DNA of 64,000 nucleotides from Octopus vulgaris (taxonomy: Eukaryota), in NCBI GenBank assembly GCA_951406725.2, contig OX597836.1, positions 38,502,001 through 38,566,000 of the forward strand. Reading direction: 5' to 3'. Below the pieces are notes generated by a model that was not told the DNA's origin, did not search any database, and saw only the letters and a list, made by a program, of their open reading frames with translations. Below, piece after piece: positions 51,541 to 64,000 of the stretch. A program made the position numbers and the translations under genes. Position 1 is the first letter of the stretch, and the number at the start of each line of letters is the position of its first letter.

Positions 51541-52473
51541 AATAAAAACATATATATGTTCATATACACACACACATTTATATGTGTATATATGTTCATA
51601 TACACACACGCACACACATTTATATGTGTATATATGTTCATATACACACACACATATTTATATGTGCATGCACATATAAATATATGTATATTTATTTGTG
51701 CATATAAATATACACATCTGTATATGTGTATATGTGTGTGTGTGTTAAAGAAGTAAGGTGTAGATACAGTAAGAACATACAGCTCTGTGAACCACAAATC
51801 AATTTTCAAGAAAGATAAAGGTGAAGAGTATATTTATACTTGCCAACAACATACAACCAGAGCAGTTTCATGAAATGAAATATCTAACTCAATTAAACTT
51901 TTATCTTTAGCATGATATCAAACAGATATACCTAGAAGACTACTCACCAATCCAGAATCGTGAACCACACAGCTGAGACATCTAGCTGTTACAGCAACAT
52001 TAGGAAATGTGCCAGAGGAGCTGAACTAGGATGAAGCGAAACTAAGCAGAAGTGGGACCTCTAAAAGTCCAGAGTAGTCAATGCATGACCACAGAATCTT
52101 GACCACTTTTGTCTAACATGCACTTGACAAGTCAACAACTCTCAGACATTAGATGATGACCGTCGATGATGGTACTTAATGTATATGGCTAAATATATAA
52201 ATATGTTGGTGTAATGGTAGTAAACTTGTAATGAAAACAGAGGCATGGGTTTGAGTTCATTATTTTCGTATTCATTTATTTATTAAAGTCACAGCAAGGC
52301 ATCGATTTCCATAAACACTGTATCAGTGTTAATGTTGTTGTTTAGCCCATATCAGCTCTAATCAAGTAGGTTCCTGGTCCAGGCTTTCTTACCATGACCA
52401 CTCAGTACATTACAAGACAGTAAGAAAAGCACCTTAGCTTTAGCAAGAAACATAACTCTAAATAAAAAGTCAG
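50182..52473. repeat. Long-range inverted repeat: 214-bp arms at 50182-50395 and 52260-52473
   Basis: Manual alignment found 9 substitutions and no indels in 214 bp. Confidence 0.95.
50946..51745. repeat. Compound microsatellite/minisatellite (TA)n-AACATACA-(TA)n-CA
   Basis: Read directly; accounts for the long Y/I/M/C/V ORFs. Confidence 0.97.
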
Positions 52474-52960
52474 AGGCACGTGTACGGATAACCCTACTTC
52501 TTTCTGTCAAGGTGGTTCCCCAGCATGACCCCAGTCTAATGACTGAAACAAGCAGAAGATAAAAGCTTACAATCATTTGGAAAGGCAAGAGTGTCCCAAC
52601 TTTCTATTTCTCTTCATCTTTATATCATCCTTTCAAATTACCCATGATCCATAAAACATTCGTATAATTCTATTCTATCTTTTGACTGAATCGTTACACC
52701 ACTGTATCCTATCCTAAACCTAATTACCATCGTTACAATATTTCTCATCACAAAATAATAATTATTATAGAAAAGAGAACATAACAATAAAAATGGCCAC
52801 ACTTTATATACTTATTATAGCAGAAAATAAAGGAGGGAATGTTAGTGTCTCAAACAAGACAACACAATATAAAGATGAAGCTGTGAACACAATCAACCCA
52901 TGCCAGATACAAAGGCAAAATGAGTATTAAAATGGTGAGAAAAAAATATGAATTACATCG

Positions 52961-53387
52961 ACGCAGGAGTGGCTGTGTGGTAAGTAGCTTGCTAACCAAC
53001 CACATAGTTCTGGGTTCAGTCCCACTGCGTGGCATCTTGGGCAAGTGTCTTCTGCTATAGCCCCAGGCCGACCAATGCCTTGTGAGTGGATTTGGTAGAC
53101 GGAAACTGAAAGAAGCCTGTCGTATATATGTATATGTATATATGTGTGTGTGTGTGTGTGTGTGTTTGTGTGTCTGTGTTTGTCCCCCTAGCATTGCTTG
53201 ACAACCGATGCTGGTGTGTTTACGTCCCCGTCACTTAGCGGTTTGGCAAAAGAGACCGATAGAATAAGTACTGGGCTTACAAAAGAATAAGTCCCGGGGT
53301 CGATTTGCTTGACTAAAAGGTGGTGCTCCAGCATGGCCGCAGTCAAATGACTGAAACAAGTAAAAGAGAGTAAAGAGTAAGAGAGTA
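52961..53387 (+). mobile_element. SINE family A, full length
   Basis: Complete consensus. Confidence 0.93.
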
Positions 53388-53778
53388 TCCACCATAAACT
53401 CTAAACCGTTTGCGATAATGGCTTAACAAACCTGTTTATTTTGCCATGTCAGTGTGTTTCTAAGGCTGCACCAATTATAAAACTCACCGTAGAAGACAAA
53501 GGGAGAATTACATCTAAGTACTGTCCTCTTGAATCAATAAGAACCAATAGGTGCACATTGAGAGTTTACAGTGAATAAAAACATTCAATATTCACTGAAC
53601 AGCCTAAAGCTGATAGAAGCCCCCCCACCCCCCATTTTTATACAAGAATTCTCTGGTACAAGGTGATGCCATAAAATATAATAGTTGAACTCTTAGAACA
53701 ATTACTGAATTCTTAATGTGCCATTCTGACAGAGTTTTACTATTCAATGCCATTTGAGACAGAGTTTCAATAGAAACA

Positions 53779-53835
53779 AGCGAGCATGCTTTAAATTTAT
53801 AAATATACACTGCATAGATGATGTATTAACATTAG

Positions 53836-53877
<42 letters not shown>

Positions 53878-53936
53878 AACATGTTAGAGATATATAAATA
53901 TATATACTGAATAGATAAAGTATAAACATTAATTCA

Positions 53937-53967
<31 letters not shown>

Positions 53968-54067
53968 ACACACACATATATATATACACACACAAGCATA
54001 TTAGAGATATATAAATATATACTGAATAGATAAAGTATAAACATTAATTCACATATATATACACATG

Positions 54068-54101
<34 letters not shown>

Positions 54102-54156
54102 CACACAAGCGTGTTAGAGATATATAAATATATACTGAATAGATAAAGTATAAACA

Positions 54157-54203
<47 letters not shown>

Positions 54204-54535
54204 TATATATACACAAGCACACACACACATACATATATATATACACGCACAAGCATGTTAGAGATATATAAATATACACTGAATAGATAAAGTATAAATA
54301 TTAATTCATATATATATAAGCAGGTTAAAAATATATAAATATATACTAAAGAGAAAAAGTATTGACAATCAGATACAGGAGCATGTTATAAATATAAAAA
54401 CACCCACTGACAAAGATAAAGTGTTAACATTAACATATACAGAAGCATGTTCTAAATACTTAAATATACACTGAATAGATAAAATATTAGCATTAGCTAA
54501 GAGATATATGAGCAGGTTGTAAATAAAATATACAC
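53779..54535. repeat. ~58-bp repeat (about 9 copies) with variable microsatellite spacers
   Basis: AGCATGTTAGAGATATATAAATATATACTGAATAGATAAAGTATAAACATTAATT at ~53878, 53994, 54107 and 54251; diverged copies on both sides. Confidence 0.88.
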
Positions 54536-54657
54536 ACAAAGAATGGAACAGAATAGAAGATTCCTATTCAGAGAATGGTTGTGAGGTTGGGAGTGGGAAG
54601 GGGTAACCATTCTTTCGCACAACCACTATTCTTTGCCAAACATACATACATACATAC

Positions 54658-54690
<33 letters not shown>

Positions 54691-54884
54691 AATGAGAAAA
54701 TATGAAATCAGATATCGTATGAATCAGAAGTATAAAAAACAAATACTAAATATTCGTGAATAATTAACAGAGCATTTATATAAAACAAATGAAAAAGATA
54801 AGAATAAAATGAATAAATAGATGTTCATAGTCATCAATATTTATCGTAGTTGCTCACACCAAAAACTACATATGTATGTGTGTG

Positions 54885-54956
<72 letters not shown>

Positions 54957-54995
54957 CATACACACACACACACACACATACATACGTACACACAC

Positions 54996-55031
<36 letters not shown>

Positions 55032-56515
55032 GCACATAGATGCACATACACTTAGATATATACACATTTGACACAAAAAGACATTTGTTAATCATTCATT
55101 AAAAAAAAAAAAAAGAATTATAAGAGTGATTGATGGTTTCAAAACTGTATAACCAATACATCTATGATTAGATTATAACATATTTATTTACCAAATCATC
55201 ATCACTATCTTCATAATACATCTACTTTTCCATGCAGGCATGAGTTAGATGGATTTTTTTTTACAGTTTAAATCAGTTTTTATTTGGAGTTACAGCCTGT
55301 CTACATGATTTCAAGAATGTCTCATTCTGTTCTATAATTCTTTATTATGTTATTGAAGGTGGATTATTATGGGCTTTTCTTAACAAAAATATTATTGCTA
55401 AGCTCTCTTTGCAACCATACAGTTTTGGGTTCAATACGATGATGTGAACCTTGGGCAAGAGTTTTCCACTACAGTTCTGGGCTAACCAATGCCATGTGAA
55501 TGAATATGGTAGACGAAAACCATGTTGAAGTCCATCAGTGACAATCTAATTTGAGAAACATTTGTTCTTTTCTCTCTCCCTTGTTTTTCTCTCCTTCCCT
55601 ATTTTTTCTGAAGAAGAGCATATGCACAAAATGTAAAAAACTTCTAATTCTTCCTGATTTACCCTGTTTGCTTATTTTCTTATCTTGTCTTCATGCACTG
55701 TACTTTTATACTGTGTGTGTGTGTATGTATGTACGTGTGTATGTATATATATGTATGTGTATCTGTCTTCAGGTTTTGTGTTTGTCCTCCTACCAAAGCT
55801 TGACATCTGGTGTTGGTCTGTTTATTCTCATAACTTAGCAGTTCAGCAATAAATACCAATAAGTACTGAACCTTAAAGAAAAATGTACAGGGGTCAATTT
55901 CTTTAACTAAACCCCTTAAGGCAGAGCCCCAGCATGACCACAGTCCAATGAATAAAACAAACTAAACAACAGTTCTTTAATTTACATTCTATATCATCAT
56001 ATAGTTACAGTACTTGTGGAATTAGTGTGTCCTGGTTTTATGGAGACATAATAATAGTTAACACCAAGTCACTCTTTACTGAGCCGACTTATAATCAATG
56101 GTTTTCCAAGCATGACCATCCTGTTCTTTTCAAGGCAGGGAGCATTCAGAGACACTGTACTCAATCTGTCCTTCCACTTTTAACACATTGTAGAGTGTAA
56201 AATGAGGGATATTTAGCTACTGTATCTCACAGCTCAAATGAATGCATAGGTGCTCACTTGTTAGTGCAGATGGTAGAGATGTTATATATAAACAGTCATT
56301 CTAAGTTACAATTATACTAAGACTTGTGGATGAGGTCTAATAAGCCTGAAACACATCCAGAATCGCTACCATATTGCTACATAACCTATTAAATTGAAAT
56401 TTCGAGGTTGACTCCCTTACATTTATTTTTAACTAGAATTAATAACGTAGATAATGACTTGCTCTCATCTCTAAGGATGCAATTATGACTGAAATTTCTT
56501 GGTTTACTATATTAA

Positions 56516-56736
56516 CCCTTTCGTTACCATATTTATTTTGAGATGCTCTGTGTTTCTTTCAATTACTTTAAATATAACAAAGAATTTAGTAAAATAACTT
56601 TCTTATCATTCAGCTAGTGTTAGGAACATAAATTTTAACTAAAGTTTGGTGGAAGGTTTTAATTCAGAACTTAAGAAAACAATACATTTGTATTACAGAG
56701 CCAGAGGCGGTTTCAGCCGGGTTGATAATGAAAGGG
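56516..56736. mobile_element. piggyBac-type MITE (~221 bp)
   Basis: TTAA-CCCTTT..AAAGGG-TTAA; paralogue of 49252-49473. Confidence 0.88.
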
Positions 56737-57990
56737 TTAAGGATGCTAGCATTCACTTTACTATTAAGATTCCATGCAGCAGGCATCCCTGAATATTTTT
56801 CACCACTCATACAACTTTACACCTCACAACTGTTGATTCTACATTCTGAGCTTCAGAACTGTTAATTCCAAACCTTCCTGGAAACAAATAGCTGCAGGCC
56901 ATTGCTTCCATCTGGTCGCAATAGAGGAATCCACCAGCGAACACAGACAGAAAAGAAAACCAAGCGAAGAAATTAATTACTTTCATTCCCCACTATATTT
57001 TAATTTTAATTAGGCGATTATTTCAATGATGCCTACAGTAATATAAATTATTTCTTAGTGTTGGTTGCCTAATTGGAACAGATATTGAAGAAGCCTTCAC
57101 AATGTTTCCCATTTAAAGAAAGTTTCTAGAAATGAGAAGATCAGTAAAATAATACTTATTTTTCTTTTCTTTCCTTCAAACAACTGAAAAGTTGACAGAG
57201 GAAAAAAAAAATCTACATTTATCATTAAAATTCTAATTTCCTTGTCCACTGAGCCAGCAAAACGGTGAAATAACTTTGATATTTGATTTAACTTTGTCTT
57301 TGATAGAAACAAACATCATATATGTAATATTTTGTTAACACTGACATTTGGAGTCACAATGTGCAATGCTGCCTAACATATGCTTTTGTACATAAACATA
57401 AACTAAGTTCTAAAAGTAAAGAGAAGCCTGTTTGTGGGGTTAAGAAGTTTTCTTCATGGTCCTGAGTTCAATCTCACTGAGTGGCACCTTGGATAAGACC
57501 TTAGGGTGAGAAATATTTTGTGAGTGGAATTTGGTAGATAGAAACTATCTACCAAGAAACTGCATAGAAACCCACTCTACTTCTTCGTGTCACTCCAGAC
57601 AGAATGCCTACTCAACATCAGCGGCATGACCAAAAGCTTTCAGGCATGAAAGAGGGGACATGCAACAGAGAGCTACTGTACCTTATCTTTACCATTTTTA
57701 TTAACTAGTATTTTATCATAAATATATTGACTTTGGCAATAACAGTATTAATTCACAATGCAGGAATTACAACAGGTTTGCTCTACATGCTAAAAATAGT
57801 TGTCAAATCTTCAACAAAATTACCTATGACCAGACCATCTTTCACCTTAAATCTTTTCATCAGGGATGACCTGGAAATGAATAACATTACTAACATATAA
57901 TAAAACAACAAAAGAAAGAATAAATCCCCAAATCTACCAAATTTCTGTCAATTGTTATTCTTTAGAAAATTCTTCATAATCTTTCATATA

Positions 57991-58215
57991 TATTTCTTTA
58001 TTGCCCACAAGGGGCTAAACATAGAGGGGACAAACAAGGACAGACAAAGGGATTAAGTCGATTACACCGACCCCAGTGCGAAACTGGTACTTTATTTATC
58101 GACCCTGAAAGGATGAAAGACAAAGTCGACCTGGGCGGAATTTGAACTCAGAACGTAACGACAGACGAAATACCGCTAAGCATTTCGCCCCACGCGCTAA
58201 CGTGTCTGCCAGCTC
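57991..58215 (-). mobile_element. SINE family B monomer
   Basis: Family B consensus; TCTTTCATATA repeated at both flanks. Confidence 0.9.
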
Positions 58216-59168
58216 TTTCATATAATCAATACAATTACTTCAGTTAATTAAAGTGTTCCCTAATCAGCCTTTACCTGGGACAATTTAAAACGAACATGAA
58301 ATATATAGATAACAATCTGAATACATCTTTTAAGAGTTTTCAAGGAGTCTGTCTTTACTGCAAATTCTATAAGAATTGTCTAACTCAATAATATCTGTCA
58401 AAATTCATTTATATTTATGTCCGTTTTACGACTTGTCCAATATTAAAAACAAAAACAATGCCAAACAGACGAGAACAAAATGCAGCTGCCTTCGGTATTC
58501 TCATTTTATATTAAATATTGATTGACTAGATGTTGTGAGAAAATTGAGGTGAGAGATATGTCCTATATTTGACCATATATTGCTTGTATTACACACCCAT
58601 TGTCATCAATAACAGTGTAGATTTAACCAGTCTAGATGTGAGCTGAAAGATAATATAGTCGAGATTGAAAAAAGATGAGATGAACAATGAGTTGCTCACC
58701 TATAGATAATATGAGAGTCTCAGTACTTAAATTTTTTTTTTTTAACTTTGATACTTATTCTAGCAGTCTCCCTAAGTTATAGGGACATAAACAAACCATC
58801 ACCAGTTGTCAAGCAGTGGAGTGGGGAACTAACAAATGCAGACATGAAAATGCACACAAACAGACAGATATATATATATATATATATATACATACACACA
58901 CAACATGCTTCCAAACAGTTTCCATCAACTAAATTTTCTCTCATAAGACAGTGGCCAGTCTGGAGCTATAATGCAAGACACACCAAAGGAGCTGAACAGT
59001 GGGACTGATCCCAGAACAACTTGTTTGCAAAGCAAGCTTCTTAACCCCACAGCCACACCTGCACCTACTGTGTGTGTGCGTGTGTGTGTGCGTGTATGTG
59101 TGTGTGTATGTGTGTGTGTATATATATGTGTGTGTGTGTGTATATATATATATATGTGTGTGTGTATG

Positions 59169-59199
<31 letters not shown>

Positions 59200-59231
59200 A
59201 TATATATGTGTGTGTGTGTGTATATATATAT

Positions 59232-59580
59232 AGGAGGAGGAGACCCCCTTCAGTCATGAATGACCATGGGATTGCTCCTAGAAAGTTACCCTCCCAGGCA
59301 CAAGTCCAGGCAAGGTTGTTTTATGGAAGATCAGCTGTCGGCCATGCATACCAGCCTCCTCTCTCTCCATACCACTGATGTTATCCAAGGGAAAGGCAAA
59401 GAGGCCGATACAGCTTGGCACCAATGATGTTGCAACTCATTTCTACAGCTGAGTTAACTGGAGCAACGTGAAATAAAGTGTCTTGCTCAAGAACACAACA
59501 CGCAGCCCGGTCCGGGAATCGAACTCACAACCTCACGATCGTAAGCTCGACGCTCTAACCACTGAGCCATGTGCCTTCAC
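59232..59580 (-). mobile_element. tRNA-derived SINE (family D-related head, different body)
   Basis: Minus strand TGGCTCAGTGGTTAGAGCG..GAGTTCGATTCCC (A and B boxes), then TTGAGCAAGACACTT. Confidence 0.82.
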
Positions 59581-61565
59581 ACACACACACACACATATAT
59601 ATATACATACACACATACATACATACATACACACATACATACATGCACACACTCTTTTGTGTGTGCACACAGACTCAAACAGACACACACACACACATAC
59701 ATATGTGTATAAAGTGAACATTAGCATATTAATCAAAACTACATCCTTAATGATGAGGACAACATTGTTCTAAATAATTCTGGTAAAAAAATTAAAACAG
59801 ATGAGGTGAGACAATTACAAAATTTTAAAGCTAATTAAATATGGAATGCTGTGGTGAGTGAATGTGATCTTTGGCAGTTAAATGACAACTCCATGTCATA
59901 TTTTGGTCTGATTAAACCACATCATTAATAAGATTAAAATATGCCTAAAGTTGTCAGCATACTGCTAAAGATCAGACTGGTTATTGCATTATTAATTTAA
60001 TTTTAATTAATGTATAAGGCAGTGAATTGGTAGAGTTGTTAGAGAGTTGGATATAATGCTTTGCAACATTTGTTCCAGCTCTCAGCATGTTCAGTCCAAA
60101 TCCTGCCATGACCAACTCTTTCAAAGCCAATAAATATAACATGTGTCCAGGGCAGTGGATATGCTGGGGGTATTAAATGAGTTATCTTGTAGTATCAGAA
60201 ACTCCCTCAGCTAACAAACAATATTCTCCAAAGCAATAGGGTGGGGCCTGAGTTGGGGGTGGAGTCTCTACTTGAAATAGCAGTCAAACATCCTTCAAAT
60301 CATACCCTGCTTTCTTAAAAAAGGGAAAGACACACATAGCAGAGTCCTATATATCCCTAAAAAAAGATGATACAATGGTTGTCATTAGATACTTTTGGTT
60401 GTAGGGTCAGCTTGTTTGGGGTTGATCTGGAACTAAACAACAACAGCAACAACAACCATACTGATTCTCCATCAACAAATCAAAAAGCCTCTGCATAGAG
60501 AGACACAGTGACTTCACCTGTGAGAAACGCTTACCAAATCTCTTCTCCAAACCACAATTTAACATCTTAAAAAGAAATCAATTGGGTAAAATAATGAAAT
60601 TTCAGAAGTTCAGGTTAGGTAGAGAGGCATGTGCTATTGTTAGTCTTCATCTCTGCAAGATACTTCCTCATCTGCCATGACTGTTACAGCATGTAGTTGA
60701 CCAACATGAGCCGTCATCCCAGCTGGATCCTCAGACAAGGGAACACAACACATAGAATCAAGCAGACATCCCCAAGTCATACAAATAACAGGATGTACCC
60801 CAGCTTCTGAGTATAATCATTGAGTATAACATGTGTCCAGAGCAGTGGATATGCTGGGGTATTAAATGAGTATTAAATGTGTGTGTTTGTGTGTCTGTGT
60901 TTGTCCCCCTAGCATTGCTTGACAACTGATGCTGGTGTGTTTATGTCCCCGTTATGTATGTGCGTGTATATATATATGATACTAAAGGAGTTCAGACAGC
61001 TATGGAAACTGGACAGTGCCCAAGTCTTACAATTATATAGTAAGAGAGCATGGACCAAGGACCTGAAGACCCAAACTTCAATCCTCCTGCTCAGATATCC
61101 TACAAGAAATTACAGAAAAAAGAAAAGATGGTCATAGGTAGAATGTGCTACATCATCAAGGTAGCTAAAAGTACTCGTCCACTTTTGCGACTACTACTAA
61201 TACAGTAAAAAAAACAAAAAAAAGAAAAAAAAAACATTCTAAAGGTCATCAGAGAAGATTACTCTATCACTGTGAAACGTTGTTGCCAGTTTTGTTATGT
61301 GATATTATATTTCCTCACCTTTCTTGGCAAACAACATTTATTTAAGGTCTTAGCGAATTTTCTTAATTATTCTGGCAGCATTTGTTATTAAGTCCCAAAT
61401 CAGTTCTACGTGATGGAACATGTTTAAGGGTGTTGAAGTCACGACCATCATGTCTTTCTTATTTTTTTCTCCTAGGAATTGTGTATCTTGGACAACATTA
61501 TTCATAGCATGCTGTTTCTTAAAGATTGTAAGGAGTGCTTAGGAGATTTGACTGTGATTGCTTCC

Positions 61566-61601
<36 letters not shown>

Positions 61602-61604
<3 letters not shown>

Positions 61605-61840
61605 GAGGCACAATGGCCCAGTGGTTAGGGCAGCGGACTCGCGGTCGTAGAATTGAGGTTTCGATTCCCAGGCCGGGAGTTGCGAGTGTTTATTGAGCGA
61701 AAACACCTAAAAGCTCCACGAGGCTTCGGCAGGGGGTGGTGATCCCTGCTGTACTCTTTCACCACTCTTTCTTCTGTTGGCCACTGTGACCAGCGATGTA
61801 TAACAACATCTGATGGTCTGGTCGGTCATGTGATCACGTG
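61602..61840 (+). mobile_element. tRNA-derived SINE family D
   Basis: TGGCCCAGTGGTTAGGGCAGCGGAC..TTCGATTCCC head; body shared with 5590-5860 and 7991-8100. Confidence 0.88.
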
Positions 61841-61854
61841 ATATATATATATAA

Positions 61855-62322
61855 GAGTGGCTAACTGGCTTCCGTGCCAGTGGCACTTAAAAGGCACCAT
61901 TCGAGCAAGATCGATACCAGCGTCGCCTTACTGGCACTCGAGCCCTGAGCTAGTAGGGTATTAAGAGCACCATCCAAGCGTATTCGTTGCCAGAGTGGCT
62001 ATCTGGCCTCTGTGCTGGTGGCACATAAAAAACACTGAACGTGATCGTTACCAGCATCGCCTTACTGGCACCTGTGCTGATGGCATGTGTAAAAGATTCA
62101 AGCGAGGTCGTTGCCACTGCTGCCTGACTGGCCCCGTGCCAGTGGCATGTAAAATCACCCACTACACTCTCGGAGTGGTTGGCGTTAGGAAGGGCATCCA
62201 GCTGTAGAAACTCTGCGAGATCAAGATTGAAGCCTGGTGCAGCCATCTGGTTCGCCAGCCCTCAGTCATTCGTCCAACCCATGCTAGCATGGAAAGCGGA
62301 CGTTAAACAATGATGATGATGA
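61855..62322 (+). mobile_element. SINE-like family C with about 5 diverged modules
   Basis: Repeated GTGCCAGTGGCAC.TAAAA..CACC modules, core and (GAT)n tail. Confidence 0.88.
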
Positions 62323-63312
62323 AATCATTTTTTTTTAGAGAATTATGGTCACAAAAATTCAATCAGATCATGTAGTAGCAATAGCAGCAGCTTAACACCA
62401 GGTAAACACTGACAGAACAGATCAATGATCAAAGACATCCCAGCCTTGACTACGCAGTCCTTTTAGAGGTGTATAAGGTCACATTACTGCTGTGTGGGTG
62501 AACACAAGGTTATGTGCTTAAGAAACTTGCTTCAGGTTCAATACCAATGCATGACATCAGGGACAAGTATCTCTGTTTTAGACTGGGTAAATGAAAGCCT
62601 TGCGAATTAAAGATAGAAAATGAGTGTTAAACCAATGGGGGGTTCACGGTCCTTGTTTTAGGTGGTAGTATACTTAATAAGTTCCCCATTCTAAGACTAT
62701 CTGGCTTTTAGATGCCTTTAGTTGGAATTCAGGCAAATTACCAATATAAAGATAGCTTCTCTCTCTCTTTCTCTGATTAGTCTTGGAAACCCCACAGTAT
62801 AAAACCATTGCAAGAGATGCTTTTCCTCTTCTGATGATGAAAACAAAATATGTGTCCTTTCTTTTACCAAGATGCTGAGGTTTGAGTTGACAGTGATTTG
62901 GATAATATTCTAGGAGGTTGAGCAACTATGTAGAGGTTCCCACTTTAGCTCATGATTATATGATGCAGAGGACATAATGTGTCTGAAGGGCTTCCAAGAA
63001 CTCTCTCTCTAACACATTATTATTGAAAGTGGGAGTATATGACTTGGGTATTAAAGAGATTAAAGCTCAGATAAACCCATTATTTAAATGTATCTTTCAA
63101 CGATGAATCATACATGTGTCTGTGTGTCTGTGATTTGTACATATATACTCTCAGACATACACATACACCACATGGGTTTTGGCTCAGTCTCACTGCATGG
63201 CACCAGTGTTTTCTACTATAGTCCCAGGTCAACCAAGACCTTATGATAGATTTGGTCTGATGATGTATGTATGTATGTATGTATGTATGTATGTATGTAT
63301 GTATGTATGTAC

Positions 63313-63343
<31 letters not shown>

Positions 63344-64000
63344 CGTACGTATGTATGTACGTATGTACGCATGCATGCACGCATGTAAGTATGTGTTTTT
63401 TAAACTATGCATCAGCTGACACAGATACTGAGGAAATTATACATTAATTTGTTCTTGCTACAATTAAGAATTTCATTGTAAGAAAATTATCTAAAATCTG
63501 ATTTAAAATTGAAAGAGTTTCCGTGAGCCAATACCTTAGGACATAGTCATCACACATGCCTACACACACACACACACACAGACACACACACTGGAACAAT
63601 GAATAATATCCTCATTTTAAAATAATCAATTACTGCATGCTACCATGGTAAAGGGTGGGGTGGGGGAGAGAAGTGTGCAGTATTGGTTATTACATCATCT
63701 TGTCAGAAATGCCAAACGTTCTACCATTTAAGTTCACAATTTGATATCTTTCTTCAGCTGACATCGGCTTAAAGCATTGCTTTCACCTGCACCATGGATC
63801 AACCGTTTTCCTTTCATACATACACACACATATATATATATATATATATACACATACATTCACACATATATATATATATACAGATATGTGTACACATATA
63901 TATACATACATATATAGATATATGTACACACATATATATACATATATAGATATATGTACACACATATATTCAGATATAAATATATACACACATACACACA

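Noticed and set aside
50881-51809. Longest ORFs (256-289 aa) and similar Y/I/C/V/H/T-rich ORFs at 5716-6187, 14287-14703, 54821-55095, 58925-59378 and 63080-63412
   Set aside because: They are translations of (TA)n/(CA)n/(TATG)n tracts, which lack stop codons.
8583-53194. Recurrent peptides such as RLPNPLTR..RRHLPKVPRSGTEP, WYLIYRPRKDERQSRP and LQLDALPNANH
   Set aside because: They are translations of non-coding SINE families A, B and C, not a gene family.

Overview
AT-rich, microsatellite-dense eukaryotic DNA. The SINE families, recognised from memory rather than by database search, point to a coleoid cephalopod, most likely Octopus. I could not identify any protein-coding gene. Nearly all listed ORFs are translations of (TA)n/(CA)n tracts or SINE bodies, so the window is probably a long intron or intergenic region. 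It contains four SINE-like families (labelled A-D here), 3' fragments of RTE-like and CR1-like LINEs, Tc1/mariner remnants, TTAA-flanked piggyBac-type MITEs, non-autonomous Helitrons and several minisatellites. The structures not explained by ordinary TE insertion are: two near-perfect long-range inverted duplications (99 bp with a second competing partner; 214 bp), a 166-bp tandem array with a 3-mer higher-order pattern, a degenerate minimal hammerhead ribozyme, a ~120-bp foldback, recurrent head-body-body SINE dimers, and a SINE carrying an expandable array of hairpin modules. Boundaries of degenerate repeats are approximate.
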